Assembly: GCA_963798845.1 (NCBI GenBank)
Contig: CAWCUS010000002.1
Coordinates: 416,001 to 480,000 of the forward strand
Direction: 5' to 3'
Length of the DNA: 64,000 nucleotides
Source of the DNA: an uncultured Gemmatimonadales bacterium
GTDB lineage: Bacteria > Gemmatimonadota > Gemmatimonadetes > Longimicrobiales > RSA9
Positions 23,837-34,309 of the stretch are shown in pieces. Made by a program: the position numbers and the translations under genes. A model generated the notes under the pieces. That model did no database searches, was not told the origin of the DNA, and was given only the letters and a program-made list of their open reading frames with translations. The number at the start of each line of letters is the position of its first letter. Position 1 is the stretch's first letter.

Positions 23837-24761
23837 CGACGCGCGGGGTCGCCGCCGCGAGGACGGCGGCGACGGGTGGCTTTCCGGCCTGTTCGTGCCG
23901 GTCACCACGCCGTTCGACCCGGTCACCGGCGACATCGTGCCCGTGACCTTCCGCAACAACCTGCGGCGCTGGCTGCAGACGCCCGTGAACGGTTTCGTCA
24001 TCTTCGGCTCGACGGGCGAGGGTGCGCTCCTCGACGAGGACGAGATGGTGCGCCTCGGGGAGTATGCCCGCGACGTGATCCCGTCGATGCGGCCGCTGGT
24101 GGCCGGTGCGGGCGCCGAGTCCACGCGTGCCGTGATCCGGCGAGCGAAACGTTTCGCCGAGGCGGGCGCCGATGCCGTGCTCGTTCACCCGCCCTCGTAC
24201 TTCGGGGTGTCGCTCTCCGCCGGTGACCTGCGGGACCACTACACCGCAGTGGCGGACGCGTCGCCCGTGCCGGTCCTGGTCTACCACATGCCGAAGTTCA
24301 CCCACGTCACGCTCGACGCGGGGCTCATGGGGGAGCTGTCCCGCCACCCCAACATCGCCGGGATCAAGGACTCATCGGGAGACCTCAGGCAGTTCGCCGA
24401 GTACACGGAAGCCTGCGACCGGGGCTGCCGCCTGTTCGTGGGCAGCGGCGCGCTCCTGTACGCGGCGCTGGAGATGGGCGCGGCGGGCGGGATCGTGGCG
24501 CTGGGGCTGCTGGCGCCGGAGGCGTACGGGGACATGCTCGAGCACTACCGCGCCGGCCGCCTGAGAGAGGCGGGGGCGATCCAGGAGCGGCTGGCGCCCG
24601 CACACAAGCAGATCGTGGCCGCGTTCGGGGCCCGCGGCGTGAAGGCCGGGCTCGACCTCCTGGGCTGGGATGGTGGTCCGCCGCGGCCGCCGCTGAAGCC
24701 GCTGGACGAGAAGCAGCGCGCGACCGTGGCCCGCGTGATGCAAGAGGCGGGGTTGATCTAG
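23829..24761 (+). CDS. DHDPS/NAL-family class I aldolase (non-DapA paralog)
   Basis: GSTGE and GIKDSSGD are present. The DapA YNVPxRT motif is replaced by YHMPKFT. Confidence 0.85.
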   Translation: MPDDARGRRREDGGDGWLSGLFVPVTTPFDPVTGDIVPVTFRNNLRRWLQTPVNGFVIFGSTGEGALLDEDEMVRLGEYARDVIPSMRPLVAGAGAESTRAVIRRAKRFAEAGADAVLVHPPSYFGVSLSAGDLRDHYTAVADASPVPVLVYHMPKFTHVTLDAGLMGELSRHPNIAGIKDSSGDLRQFAEYTEACDRGCRLFVGSGALLYAALEMGAAGGIVALGLLAPEAYGDMLEHYRAGRLREAGAIQERLAPAHKQIVAAFGARGVKAGLDLLGWDGGPPRPPLKPLDEKQRATVARVMQEAGLI

Positions 24762-24783
24762 AGGTCAACCGAACCCCGACGCC

Positions 24784-25986
24784 ATGCCCATCGACATCGA
24801 CGAAGCGCGGGCGCGCTTTTCAGATCTCGCGCCCACCGACCGTTCCGAGATCCGGGAGGCCGTGGGCGCGCTCGCGCAGCCCCGACTGTGCGGCTCCGAG
24901 GGCGCCGGGATCGTCGAAAGCGAGATCCTGGAGCGGTTCTCCGCTTTCGGCTACGAGTGCGAAGCCGGCAGCTTCTCGTTCTCCTCCTTCCATGGCCGCT
25001 TCGCCCTGATGGTCTCCGGTGGCGTGGTCGGCGTCAGCGGAGCGATGGCCACCGCGCTCATCTACGCCGGCCTTCCCATCCCCGGCCTGGTGGTCCTCGG
25101 CCTTGGCCTGCTGCTCGCCGTCCTCCCGGTGCCGTTCGGAGCCATGGTGATGCGGCGATTGCCGTGGGCGAGGCTCGAGGCCAGGAACCTGCTCTTCCGC
25201 CGGCCGGGCGCCCGCCCCGCGTGGATCCTCATGGCGCACCGCGACACCAAGGGTCAGGCCGTGCCGGCGCTGGTGCGGGCGCTCGCGATCGCGGTGGCGG
25301 TCGCGGCGTGGGCGGGGCTCGTGATCCTGGCGGCATTCCGGCTCGCGGGGGTGGACGGCCTGGGACCCCCGCTCCTGCTGGTCGGCGGCGTGCTGCTCGC
25401 GGCCGGTGCCACCCTGGGGCTGGGGCGGGTCACCAACAACTCACCGGGGGCGCTGGACAACGCGTCGGGGCTCGCGGCGCTGCTGGCGGTGGCGAAGCGG
25501 GAGGAGTCGGGGGCGATCGCATTCCTGATCACCGACGGTGAGGAGCTGGACCTGGCGGGAGCCCGGGCGGCGGCGCTCCGGCTGCCTCCGGTCCAGGGCG
25601 TCATAAACGTGGACGGGCTGGACGACCGCGGCCGCTTCTACGTGGCGGAGGGGCACGGCTGGCGACGGCGCCGGGGGCGCGCACCTCAGCTCGCCGCGGC
25701 GCTGATGGTGGCCGGCAGCGCACTCGATCTGCCGGTGGAGCGCCGGCGGCTCCCGGCCATGGTGGCGGTGGACCACGTCCCGCTCTCGGCGGCCGGAATC
25801 CCAGCGCTCACGCTCATGCGCGGGCAGTGGCGGTCGCTCATGCGCGTGCACCGGCCGGGAGACTCGGCGGAACACCTGGACGGCCGCGGCGCCGCGCAAG
25901 GGGCCACCCTCCTGACGGCTGCGGTGCGGCTCCTTTCCGCGGATGGACCGTCGCGCCTTGCGAGGGGGCACGACGCCGGGCCATAG
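24784..25986 (+). CDS. M28-family peptidase with transmembrane insertions
   Basis: Motifs AHRD, GALDNASG, DGEE, NVD and VH...D, plus hydrophobic segments. Confidence 0.75.
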   Translation: MPIDIDEARARFSDLAPTDRSEIREAVGALAQPRLCGSEGAGIVESEILERFSAFGYECEAGSFSFSSFHGRFALMVSGGVVGVSGAMATALIYAGLPIPGLVVLGLGLLLAVLPVPFGAMVMRRLPWARLEARNLLFRRPGARPAWILMAHRDTKGQAVPALVRALAIAVAVAAWAGLVILAAFRLAGVDGLGPPLLLVGGVLLAAGATLGLGRVTNNSPGALDNASGLAALLAVAKREESGAIAFLITDGEELDLAGARAAALRLPPVQGVINVDGLDDRGRFYVAEGHGWRRRRGRAPQLAAALMVAGSALDLPVERRRLPAMVAVDHVPLSAAGIPALTLMRGQWRSLMRVHRPGDSAEHLDGRGAAQGATLLTAAVRLLSADGPSRLARGHDAGP

Positions 25987-25994
25987 TCCAGCAC

Positions 25995-27284
<1,290 letters not shown>

Positions 27285-27288
27285 CGAA

Positions 27289-27320
27289 CGGGCCCGCCGA
27301 CCTCGAGGTCGGCGGGCCCG
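27289..27320. terminator. Perfect 32-bp palindrome between convergent genes
   Basis: CGGGCCCGCCGACC-TCGA-GGTCGGCGGGCCCG. No U-tract. Confidence 0.55.
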
Positions 27321-27350
27321 GATCCATGCGTTGGCCGGGAGGGGCGCCGG

Positions 27351-29594
27351 TCAGCCGGCCGGCGGTGTGCCGGGCACGACGTCACCCGTCTTCCCGCGCT
27401 GGCCCGCGACGGTCTCGCCTGCAGGCCTTCCGGCGCCCTCCACAGCCGGTTCCCGCGCCGCCTCGTCGGGGAACAGGCGCTGGTACTCGAGCCAGTGCTC
27501 TTCCTTGAGCCGCTCGATCGAGACCTTCCCCGTGAAGATCGAGGTGTCGAGGGGGAAGATCTCGGGGCGGAAAACCACTCCCCAGGAGTGCCAGAGCACG
27601 ACGACAAGCGTGGCGAACGTGGCCTCGTAGCCGTGCATGGTGCGCATGGCGGCCATCCACTCCCCGGGCACCAGGCGGGTGGCCAGTTCCGGCCACACCA
27701 GCGCGATTCCGGTGAAGGTCATGACCAGGCCGCCCATGAGCAGGCCGCCGTACTCGAACTTCTGGGCGAAGTCGAACTTCCCGACCTTCGGACGCGGCGT
27801 CCCTTCCATGAAGTGACGGACCGTGCCGATCGCCTTGTCGAAGTCATCGAGCGTCGGGAGCATGATCGGCATCCGCCGCTTGCGGATCGCGTTCAGGATC
27901 GCCAGGCCGACATGCACCACGAGCAGCGTCGCGAAGGAGAACCCGGCGATGCGGTGGATCATTCGGGTCGTCCCGATGCTGCCGAAGAATGCGATGACCG
28001 AGTCGGCCACGGCCAGGTCCGGCCGCAGCTGCGGCAGGCCCGTGACCACCAGCGTGATGAACGTGGTCAGCCCCAGGGCGTGCTGCACCTGCTCCCACGG
28101 GGAGAAGCGCCTGATCATGCGTGGCCGCTCCGACTTCTTCCCGGTGAGGCGCGCCCAGCTCGAGCGGATCTTCCGCGACCACGCCCGGTGGCGTTGCCCG
28201 TGGAGAGCCTCGGACAGGATGATCAGCGACAGCCCGATCAGCATGAAGGGGATGAGAAAGTAGTAGAACATGCTGACCAGCCATGTCGGCAGCTGGTTGT
28301 GCGGGCCCGGAGGCTCATGGCCCAGCCACGCGCCCGCCAGCTGAGGGCTGGCGTGCTCGTGGCAGCGCTCGCACACCTCGCTCACCACTTTCTCCTTGCT
28401 CCACCCCACCGCGTGCGCGCCATGGCAGTCCTCGCACGTGAGGACCGCCACCGAGTCCGCGGAGCCCATGGCGTTCATGAAGCCGAGGGTGGTGCCGTGG
28501 TAGTCGTCCTGGTACGACTTCACTACCGTCGTGGACAGGCCGTACGTCTCTGCCAGCTTCTTGTTGCTGTGGCAGCCGATGCACGTGCTGGTGGCCGCCA
28601 TGCGGTCCGGCGCGCTGTTCGTCTCCCCTTGCAGCATGTCCGCGTGGCACGTCAGACACGTGGGCACGCTCTTGTGCGACTCGGGCGCGGTCAGGCCCAC
28701 CGAGTGACCACCGCGCAGGTATTCCTGCATGGCGTCCGCATGGCACGCGGCACACCGATCCGCGATCACCGTCCCCGACAGCTCCGTCACAGGCGGATCG
28801 TCCGCGAAGGAGTGGCAGTCGGTGCAGAGCGGCGCGCCCTCGCCCACTCCCTGGTGCGTATGGTGCGCGGATTCATGGCACGACACGCACGCCGCCGCCA
28901 GCTTCACGCTGTCCCGCGCCACCGGCAGGGCCGCGTCCGGCTCGTGGCACTGAACGCAGTCCACCGCGTTCGCGCCCGTCTTCGGGTGCGACGGGTGCAC
29001 GTCAGCGTGGCACGACACGCACGCGGCGGTCATCGGCGTCGCCCCCTCCTCGCCGGCGCCCGACGCCGCGGTGCGAACTTCCTCCGAGGCCGGGTGCTCA
29101 CGCGTGCCGTGCACGTCGTGGCAGTCCACGCACAGTGGCGCATCCTGCTTCACGCCCGCATGGAGCTCGTGCGGCTGCCCGTGACACGAAGCGCAGCGAG
29201 CCGACAGCTGTGCCTTGGCCCAGTCCAACCGCGGTTCTCCATGGACCACGTGGCAGTCCAGGCACGTCGCGTCCCCCGCGCCGTGTCCCGTCTGTGCCGC
29301 CTCCGTCTCGTGGCAGCTCCGGCAGGCCTTCAGCTGCCTCGCCTTCAGGACGGACCTGTCCGTCGTCTGCAGCCCGATGTGGTGGCAGTCGAGACACGAG
29401 ACCGAGCCCGCATGCTCCGCGGCCTGCGCGCGCAGCACCGCGTCGCTGTCGTGACACGATGCGCACGCGCCTTCCATGTACGGCTGCCTCTGCGGCGCCT
29501 GGGCGCTGAGCCTCCCGGCTCCGATCCCGCCCGCCACCAAGAGGAGCAGCAGTACGGCCCCCCCGGCCGCCCCTCGCATGGATCCGCTCATCAA
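27351..29594 (-). CDS. 15-heme cytochrome c fused to an FdnI/HyaC-like di-heme cytochrome b (CbcL-like architecture)
   Basis: Signal peptide and 15 CxxCH motifs counted. These are followed by TM helices with His ligands (QHALG, IHRIAG, MHGYE, WHSW) and FPLDTSIFTG..EEH. Confidence 0.88.
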   Translation of the reverse strand: MMSGSMRGAAGGAVLLLLLVAGGIGAGRLSAQAPQRQPYMEGACASCHDSDAVLRAQAAEHAGSVSCLDCHHIGLQTTDRSVLKARQLKACRSCHETEAAQTGHGAGDATCLDCHVVHGEPRLDWAKAQLSARCASCHGQPHELHAGVKQDAPLCVDCHDVHGTREHPASEEVRTAASGAGEEGATPMTAACVSCHADVHPSHPKTGANAVDCVQCHEPDAALPVARDSVKLAAACVSCHESAHHTHQGVGEGAPLCTDCHSFADDPPVTELSGTVIADRCAACHADAMQEYLRGGHSVGLTAPESHKSVPTCLTCHADMLQGETNSAPDRMAATSTCIGCHSNKKLAETYGLSTTVVKSYQDDYHGTTLGFMNAMGSADSVAVLTCEDCHGAHAVGWSKEKVVSEVCERCHEHASPQLAGAWLGHEPPGPHNQLPTWLVSMFYYFLIPFMLIGLSLIILSEALHGQRHRAWSRKIRSSWARLTGKKSERPRMIRRFSPWEQVQHALGLTTFITLVVTGLPQLRPDLAVADSVIAFFGSIGTTRMIHRIAGFSFATLLVVHVGLAILNAIRKRRMPIMLPTLDDFDKAIGTVRHFMEGTPRPKVGKFDFAQKFEYGGLLMGGLVMTFTGIALVWPELATRLVPGEWMAAMRTMHGYEATFATLVVVLWHSWGVVFRPEIFPLDTSIFTGKVSIERLKEEHWLEYQRLFPDEAAREPAVEGAGRPAGETVAGQRGKTGDVVPGTPPAG

Positions 29595-29616
29595 CCTTCT
29601 CCTCAGCGTCGTAGAC

Positions 29617-30228
29617 TCACGTGTTCGCCGGCTTGAACCGCTTCGTCACGGCTTCAGCCGCGACCTTGAAGAAGGCCGCGAAGCCGATCACGGGCAGGAA
29701 CATCACGAACGCCAGCCCCAGGATCGGCGCAACCACCAGCCCGGTCAGCACCTGTCCCGTGCTCCCCATCGCCCCGCGTTCCACCGCCGCCGTCCCCTCC
29801 GGCGCCAGCTCGACGGGCGTTACCGCCTCCGCCGCCTTCGCGGCGGCTTCCTCCCGCTCCTTCTTCAGCATGGCCGCAGTCACCACCGCCGCCAGAACCT
29901 CCGGGCTCACCGGCTTGTCCAGGTACTCGAAGCCACCCAGCTCCCGCACCCGACGCTTCACGTCGTCATTGCCGTAGCCCGTCAGAAGAATGAACGGCGT
30001 GCCCGGGGTCGCCCCCTTCATCCACTCCAGCAGCTCCATCCCGTCCACCGTCGGCATCTTCAGATCCGCGACCACGACGTCCACCGGCTCCCGGGTCAGC
30101 CAGTCCATGGCCACCTTCCCATCCTCCGCCGTCGCCACGTCGAAGTCCCGCTCCGAGAGGTATCGGTTCCAGCTCCGGCGGACGGACTCCTCGTCGTCCA
30201 CCACGAGCACCTTGCCGTGCCTTCTCAT
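29617..30228 (-). CDS. Receiver-domain protein with C-terminal hydrophobic/TM tail
   Basis: Motifs VLVVDDE, ADLKMP, LTGYG and KP. Tail LVVAPILGLAFVMFLPVIGFAAFF. Confidence 0.85.
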   Translation of the reverse strand: MRRHGKVLVVDDEESVRRSWNRYLSERDFDVATAEDGKVAMDWLTREPVDVVVADLKMPTVDGMELLEWMKGATPGTPFILLTGYGNDDVKRRVRELGGFEYLDKPVSPEVLAAVVTAAMLKKEREEAAAKAAEAVTPVELAPEGTAAVERGAMGSTGQVLTGLVVAPILGLAFVMFLPVIGFAAFFKVAAEAVTKRFKPANT

Positions 30229-30262
30229 CTCTCCGCTCCTTCCGTTTCGCGTGAGCCTCGCC

Positions 30263-30664
30263 CTACCCGGCGATCCAGCCCACCCGCTCGTGAACACGCT
30301 CCAGAACTCCCACCAGCTGCTCCATCGCCTCCGCCTGCGACTCCGACCACACCAGCTCCACCCCGCACGCCGTCAGGTATTCGGCGACCGGCAGCGGCAG
30401 CGGCCCTTCCATCACCGCCACCTTCTGCATGCGCGGATACTCCAGGTTCATACGACCCAGCGTCGCCAGCAGCACGCCCTTCGGCACCGGCTGTCCATGG
30501 ACCACCAGCACCGCGATCGTCGACAGGGCATGCTCCCGCAGCAGCTCTTCCAGGCTCGAATACCACACCACCGCGTGCCCGGAGGCCGCCAGCCGGCTCG
30601 CCAACGCGCCGAACCCGCCAGCATCCGACAGCAAGACCGTGGATCCCGCGTCCCGTACTCCCAC
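30263..30664 (-). CDS. Hypothetical protein, possibly a degenerate receiver-like fold
   Basis: GTG start after RBS AAGGAG. Alternating beta/alpha pattern without the phospho-Asp. First gene after the sigma-54 promoter. Confidence 0.6.
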   Translation of the reverse strand: MGVRDAGSTVLLSDAGGFGALASRLAASGHAVVWYSSLEELLREHALSTIAVLVVHGQPVPKGVLLATLGRMNLEYPRMQKVAVMEGPLPLPVAEYLTACGVELVWSESQAEAMEQLVGVLERVHERVGWIAG

Positions 30665-30736
30665 TGCGGCCTCTCCTTCCTCGGGCGTCTCGTCTCCCGC
30701 CCCGCTTCGACCTCCACCCTTCCGACCATGGCAGGG

Positions 30737-30751
30737 GCAACGGTCGTGCCG
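30737..30751 (-). promoter_or_regulatory. Sigma-54 (-24/-12) promoter
   Basis: The minus strand reads CGGCACGACCGTTGC. It lies downstream of a GAFTGA activator gene. Confidence 0.75.
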
Positions 30752-30848
30752 CAAATGAGAATTTCTTCACGAAACCTGTAAGACGTTGTGGCCCAGTCGA
30801 TTGCGCAGTTGGTAGTGCGCCTGGGAAGGGGGCCGGAAAGGCCCCGAG

Positions 30849-30867
30849 TGTATACGGGTCGTATACA
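30849..30867. promoter_or_regulatory. Palindromic enhancer (UAS) box 1
   Basis: TGTATACG-GGT-CGTATACA, a perfect inverted repeat about 100 bp upstream of the promoter. Confidence 0.7.
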
Positions 30868-30962
30868 GTTGGTGGGGGCAGCGGCGGAGCCGGTCAGGCG
30901 ATGATCATCGTAAGTGATTCACAGACAACGTTTTGAGGTTCTTGAGCATGGCCCCCATGGGG

Positions 30963-30981
30963 TGTATACGAGGGCTATACA
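30963..30981. promoter_or_regulatory. Palindromic enhancer (UAS) box 2
   Basis: TGTATACG-AGG-GCTATACA, a near copy of box 1. Confidence 0.65.
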
Positions 30982-31042
30982 GTCATCGCGATGGAAGGAA
31001 GAGACGGTCCCGCGAAGCCCACGAACGGCGGAGGCGCGGGCG

Positions 31043-32506
31043 TCAGGAGCTCGGGTCGCCCTCGCCGTCAGGATCGGTCTCGCCGGTATCCCCGGAGGGA
31101 GACGTGATGTCGTACTTGCGCATGAGGGCGTGGAGGTTGGGCCGCTGCATGCCGACGCGACGGGCGGCTTCGGAGACGTTCCAGTCGGCGCCGCGCAGGG
31201 CCTTGAGGACGAAGAGCTTTTCGAGGTTCTCGACGGCCTGGGAGCGGATCTCCTTCTTGCGCTCGGCGAGGGTGGCGGCGTCGTCGGGTACGTCGTCCCA
31301 GCGAGCTGCGGAGTGCTCGGCGGCGAGGGGGATGGCCTGGGGTTGGATGGTGCGCCCCTCGGTGAGGAGGACGGCGCGCTCGAGGACGTTTTCGAGCTCG
31401 CGGACGTTGCCGGGCCATGCGTGGGCCTCGAGGAGTGCCATGGCCTGGGGGGAGATGGCGTCGATCTCCTTGCCGACCTCATCGGAGATGCGCTGGACGA
31501 AGTGGTGGGCGAGGAGGGGGATCTCCTCGCGTCGCTCGCGAAGGGGAGGAAGGCGGATGGCGAAGACGCTGAGACGATAGAAGAGGTCGTCGCGGAAGGA
31601 GCCGTCGTCGACGAGCTCCTGGAGGTCGCGGTTGGTGGCGGCGATGACGCGAACGTCGACGGACACGGTGCGGTCGGCGCCGACGGGGCGGATCTCGTGT
31701 TCCTGTATGAGGCGGAGGAGGCTGCCCTGTACCTTGGGCGAGATGGTGCTGATCTCGTCGAGGAAGAGGGTGCCGCCGCGGGCGGCCTCGGCGAGTCCCT
31801 TGCGGTCCTTGGCGGCGCCGGTGAAGGCGCCGCGGACATGGCCGAAGAGCTCGGACTCGAGGAGCGACTCGCTGAGTGAAGCGCAATCGGCGACGACGAA
31901 CGGGCCGCTGTTGCGCCGGCTGTTGTAGTGTATGGCGCGGGCGATGACCTCCTTGCCGGTGCCGGTTTCTCCGGTGACCAGGACGGTGCTGTTGGTGGGC
32001 GCGACCTTGGCGACGAGGTCCATGACCTTGCGCATGGGGGGGGAGGCGCAGATGACGTTGCCGACCGAGTAGCGGGTCCCGAGCTCGGAGCGGAGGCGGC
32101 GTGTGAGGTCGACCAGGTGCTTGCGCTCGAGTGCGCGGGCGGTGGTGACGATGAGGGCGGGCGGGCTGACCGGCTTCTCGAGGTAGTCGAAGGCTCCGAG
32201 CTTGGTGGCCTCGACGGCGGTCTCAATGGTGCCGTAGCCGGTTATGATGATGACCTCGGTCTCGGGCGAGATGTCCTTGGCGTGGCGGAGGAGCTCGATC
32301 CCGCTCATCTCGGGCATCTTGATGTCGAGGAGGAGGAGGTCGAACGTCTCCTTCCGGATCATCTCGAGCCCTTCGCGAGGCGAGGTGGAGGTGTTCACCA
32401 CGTAGCCCTCGCCCGTGAGGACGCGGCGGATGCTCTCGCACACCACTTCCTCGTCGTCGACGGCCAGGACGCGGGGGGGCTCGGTCCAGCTCACTTCATC
32501 CGTCAT
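31043..32506 (-). CDS. Sigma-54-dependent response regulator (REC-AAA+-HTH)
   Basis: Motifs GETGTGKE, ESELFGHVRGAFTGA, LFLDEI, FRDDLFYRL and WPGNVREL, plus a Fis-type HTH. Confidence 0.95.
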   Translation of the reverse strand: MTDEVSWTEPPRVLAVDDEEVVCESIRRVLTGEGYVVNTSTSPREGLEMIRKETFDLLLLDIKMPEMSGIELLRHAKDISPETEVIIITGYGTIETAVEATKLGAFDYLEKPVSPPALIVTTARALERKHLVDLTRRLRSELGTRYSVGNVICASPPMRKVMDLVAKVAPTNSTVLVTGETGTGKEVIARAIHYNSRRNSGPFVVADCASLSESLLESELFGHVRGAFTGAAKDRKGLAEAARGGTLFLDEISTISPKVQGSLLRLIQEHEIRPVGADRTVSVDVRVIAATNRDLQELVDDGSFRDDLFYRLSVFAIRLPPLRERREEIPLLAHHFVQRISDEVGKEIDAISPQAMALLEAHAWPGNVRELENVLERAVLLTEGRTIQPQAIPLAAEHSAARWDDVPDDAATLAERKKEIRSQAVENLEKLFVLKALRGADWNVSEAARRVGMQRPNLHALMRKYDITSPSGDTGETDPDGEGDPSS

Positions 32507-34137
32507 CGGCTCACAGCCATTGCAGGTTCTTTCGCCGTGGGCAGCAGTATGGTGAACTCGGACCACGACTCGCCATCGCTGTCCACCATGATGGAGCCGC
32601 GGTAGCCGCGGACGATCCCGAGCGACACGGCCAGCCCGAGGCCGGAGCCCTGGCCCACGGGCTTGGTGGTGTAGAACGGGTCGAAGATCTTGGAGAAATG
32701 TTCCCTTGGGACGCCCGGTCCGGTGTCGCGAACGCGCAGGCGCACCGCCTCGCTGCCGCCGTCCGGCGGCCACTCCACGCCGGGGAAGGCGTCGCGGCGG
32801 ACCACGTCGCCGCGGATGCGTATCTCGCCGCCGTTCTCGCCCATGGCGTGGAGCGCGTTCATGATCAGGTTGATGAAGACCTGCATCAGCTGCTGCTCGT
32901 TGACGTCGACCACGGGTAGGTCGGGCGCGATCTCCGACTGGACGCGGAAGCCGCCGTTCTGGATCTCGACCTTCACGAGGTCCAGGGCGCGAGCGACAAT
33001 GGGGCCGACTTTGCGCGGCTGCGTCTCGGGCTCTTCCGACTGCTTGCGCGAGTAGTCCAGGAGCTGGCGGATGATGGCGGCGCAGCGGTTCGCCTCCCGC
33101 TCGATCATGCGCAGGTCATCCTGAGCCCCCTCGTTGTCGGGCACGGCCGACTTCACCAGATGGGAGAAGGTGATGATCGCCATGAGCGGGCTGTTCAGCT
33201 CATGGGCGATCCCTGCGGCCACGAGCCCCACGGACGAGAGCTTCTCCGCCTGGAGCACCTGGAACTGCGCCTCGCGCAGCGCCTGCGCCTTCAATGCCAC
33301 GCGCTCCTCCAGCGTGCTGGCCCATTCCTCGAGCTGATGCCGCGAGCTGGCCAGGCTCTCGACCATCTCGTTGAAGGAGTCGGCCAGGATCGCGATCTCC
33401 GGCGCGGTGCCGCGGGGGACCGGGACGGAGCCCGCGCCCTCGACCACACGCCGGGTCGCGCTCACCATGCGCTGGATCGGCCGCCGGACGCTCCAGCGCA
33501 CGAGGAGGAAGAGGAGGAGCGTGATCAGGGTGACGGCGAGGACCGAGATCACGAGGGCGTCGCGGGTGTCCGCGGCCACGCGCTGCTCCGCCGGCGCCAT
33601 GGACATCGCCACGTCGAGGACCCCGAGAACGCTCTGCTGAGCGGGCGTGGCGTGGCATCCTGAGCCCTGACAGCCGAGCTCGTTGCGGATCACGTGGATC
33701 GTGCCCAGGAACCGTTCGCCGTCCGGTCCCGTGTACGTGCGCCAGCGCCGGTCGGGCTCGACCGACGCCCGCGCCTGCCCGTTGGCGTGGCACGTCACGC
33801 ACGCTTCGGAGCCTCGCGGCACCACGCGACCCACCTCCTCCGGATTCGACGAGTACGAGATCCGGCCCTGGCGGTTGTACAGCCGGATGCCCGCGATCCC
33901 CTCGTGCTGGCCCACCATCTCCAGCATTTCCCGCACGCCCTCCCGGTGGTTCAGCTGCATGTCCCGGTGGACGCTCAGGGCAATGGCGTCCGCGATGCTC
34001 TCTGAGCCGTGCACGACTTCCGCCCGCACCTGCTCTCGCTGACGCTGGATCAGGATGAACGAAAGAAGCCCCACGCTCACCAGGGTGAAGAACCCCGCGG
34101 TGAGGGCGATGCGCGTCCCCAAGTTCTTGAAGCTCAT
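32503..34137 (-). CDS. Membrane sensor histidine kinase with periplasmic heme-c motifs and HAMP domain
   Basis: TM1, CVTCH, CQGSGCH, TM2, HAMP, AGIAHELNSP, NLIMNA, DTGPG and FYTTK..G.GLGL. RBS GGAGG. Confidence 0.93.
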   Translation of the reverse strand: MSFKNLGTRIALTAGFFTLVSVGLLSFILIQRQREQVRAEVVHGSESIADAIALSVHRDMQLNHREGVREMLEMVGQHEGIAGIRLYNRQGRISYSSNPEEVGRVVPRGSEACVTCHANGQARASVEPDRRWRTYTGPDGERFLGTIHVIRNELGCQGSGCHATPAQQSVLGVLDVAMSMAPAEQRVAADTRDALVISVLAVTLITLLLFLLVRWSVRRPIQRMVSATRRVVEGAGSVPVPRGTAPEIAILADSFNEMVESLASSRHQLEEWASTLEERVALKAQALREAQFQVLQAEKLSSVGLVAAGIAHELNSPLMAIITFSHLVKSAVPDNEGAQDDLRMIEREANRCAAIIRQLLDYSRKQSEEPETQPRKVGPIVARALDLVKVEIQNGGFRVQSEIAPDLPVVDVNEQQLMQVFINLIMNALHAMGENGGEIRIRGDVVRRDAFPGVEWPPDGGSEAVRLRVRDTGPGVPREHFSKIFDPFYTTKPVGQGSGLGLAVSLGIVRGYRGSIMVDSDGESWSEFTILLPTAKEPAMAVSR

Positions 34138-34309
34138 GGACCTCCAGCGACAGAGGCCGGGCAGGGGCTGGCTGCGCATTGACGTTCACCTCCGGCGCAA
34201 ACCGTGTCAATGCGGAAATGCACGTGTGGGAGCGTGGGGGGAAGCCCCGCGGGCTGCACCATCCGACTTCGAAGCCCGGACGCTGCAAGGGACGGGGCAG
34301 CGGGCCGGG

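Noticed and set aside
27351..28300. Formate dehydrogenase or hydrogenase gamma subunit
   Set aside because: The cytochrome b domain is fused to a multiheme c domain, and no catalytic or Fe-S subunits are nearby.
30263..30754. 163-aa version of the ORF with an N-terminal CPCH
   Set aside because: The extension overlaps the sigma-54 promoter, and the RBS supports the GTG start at 30664.
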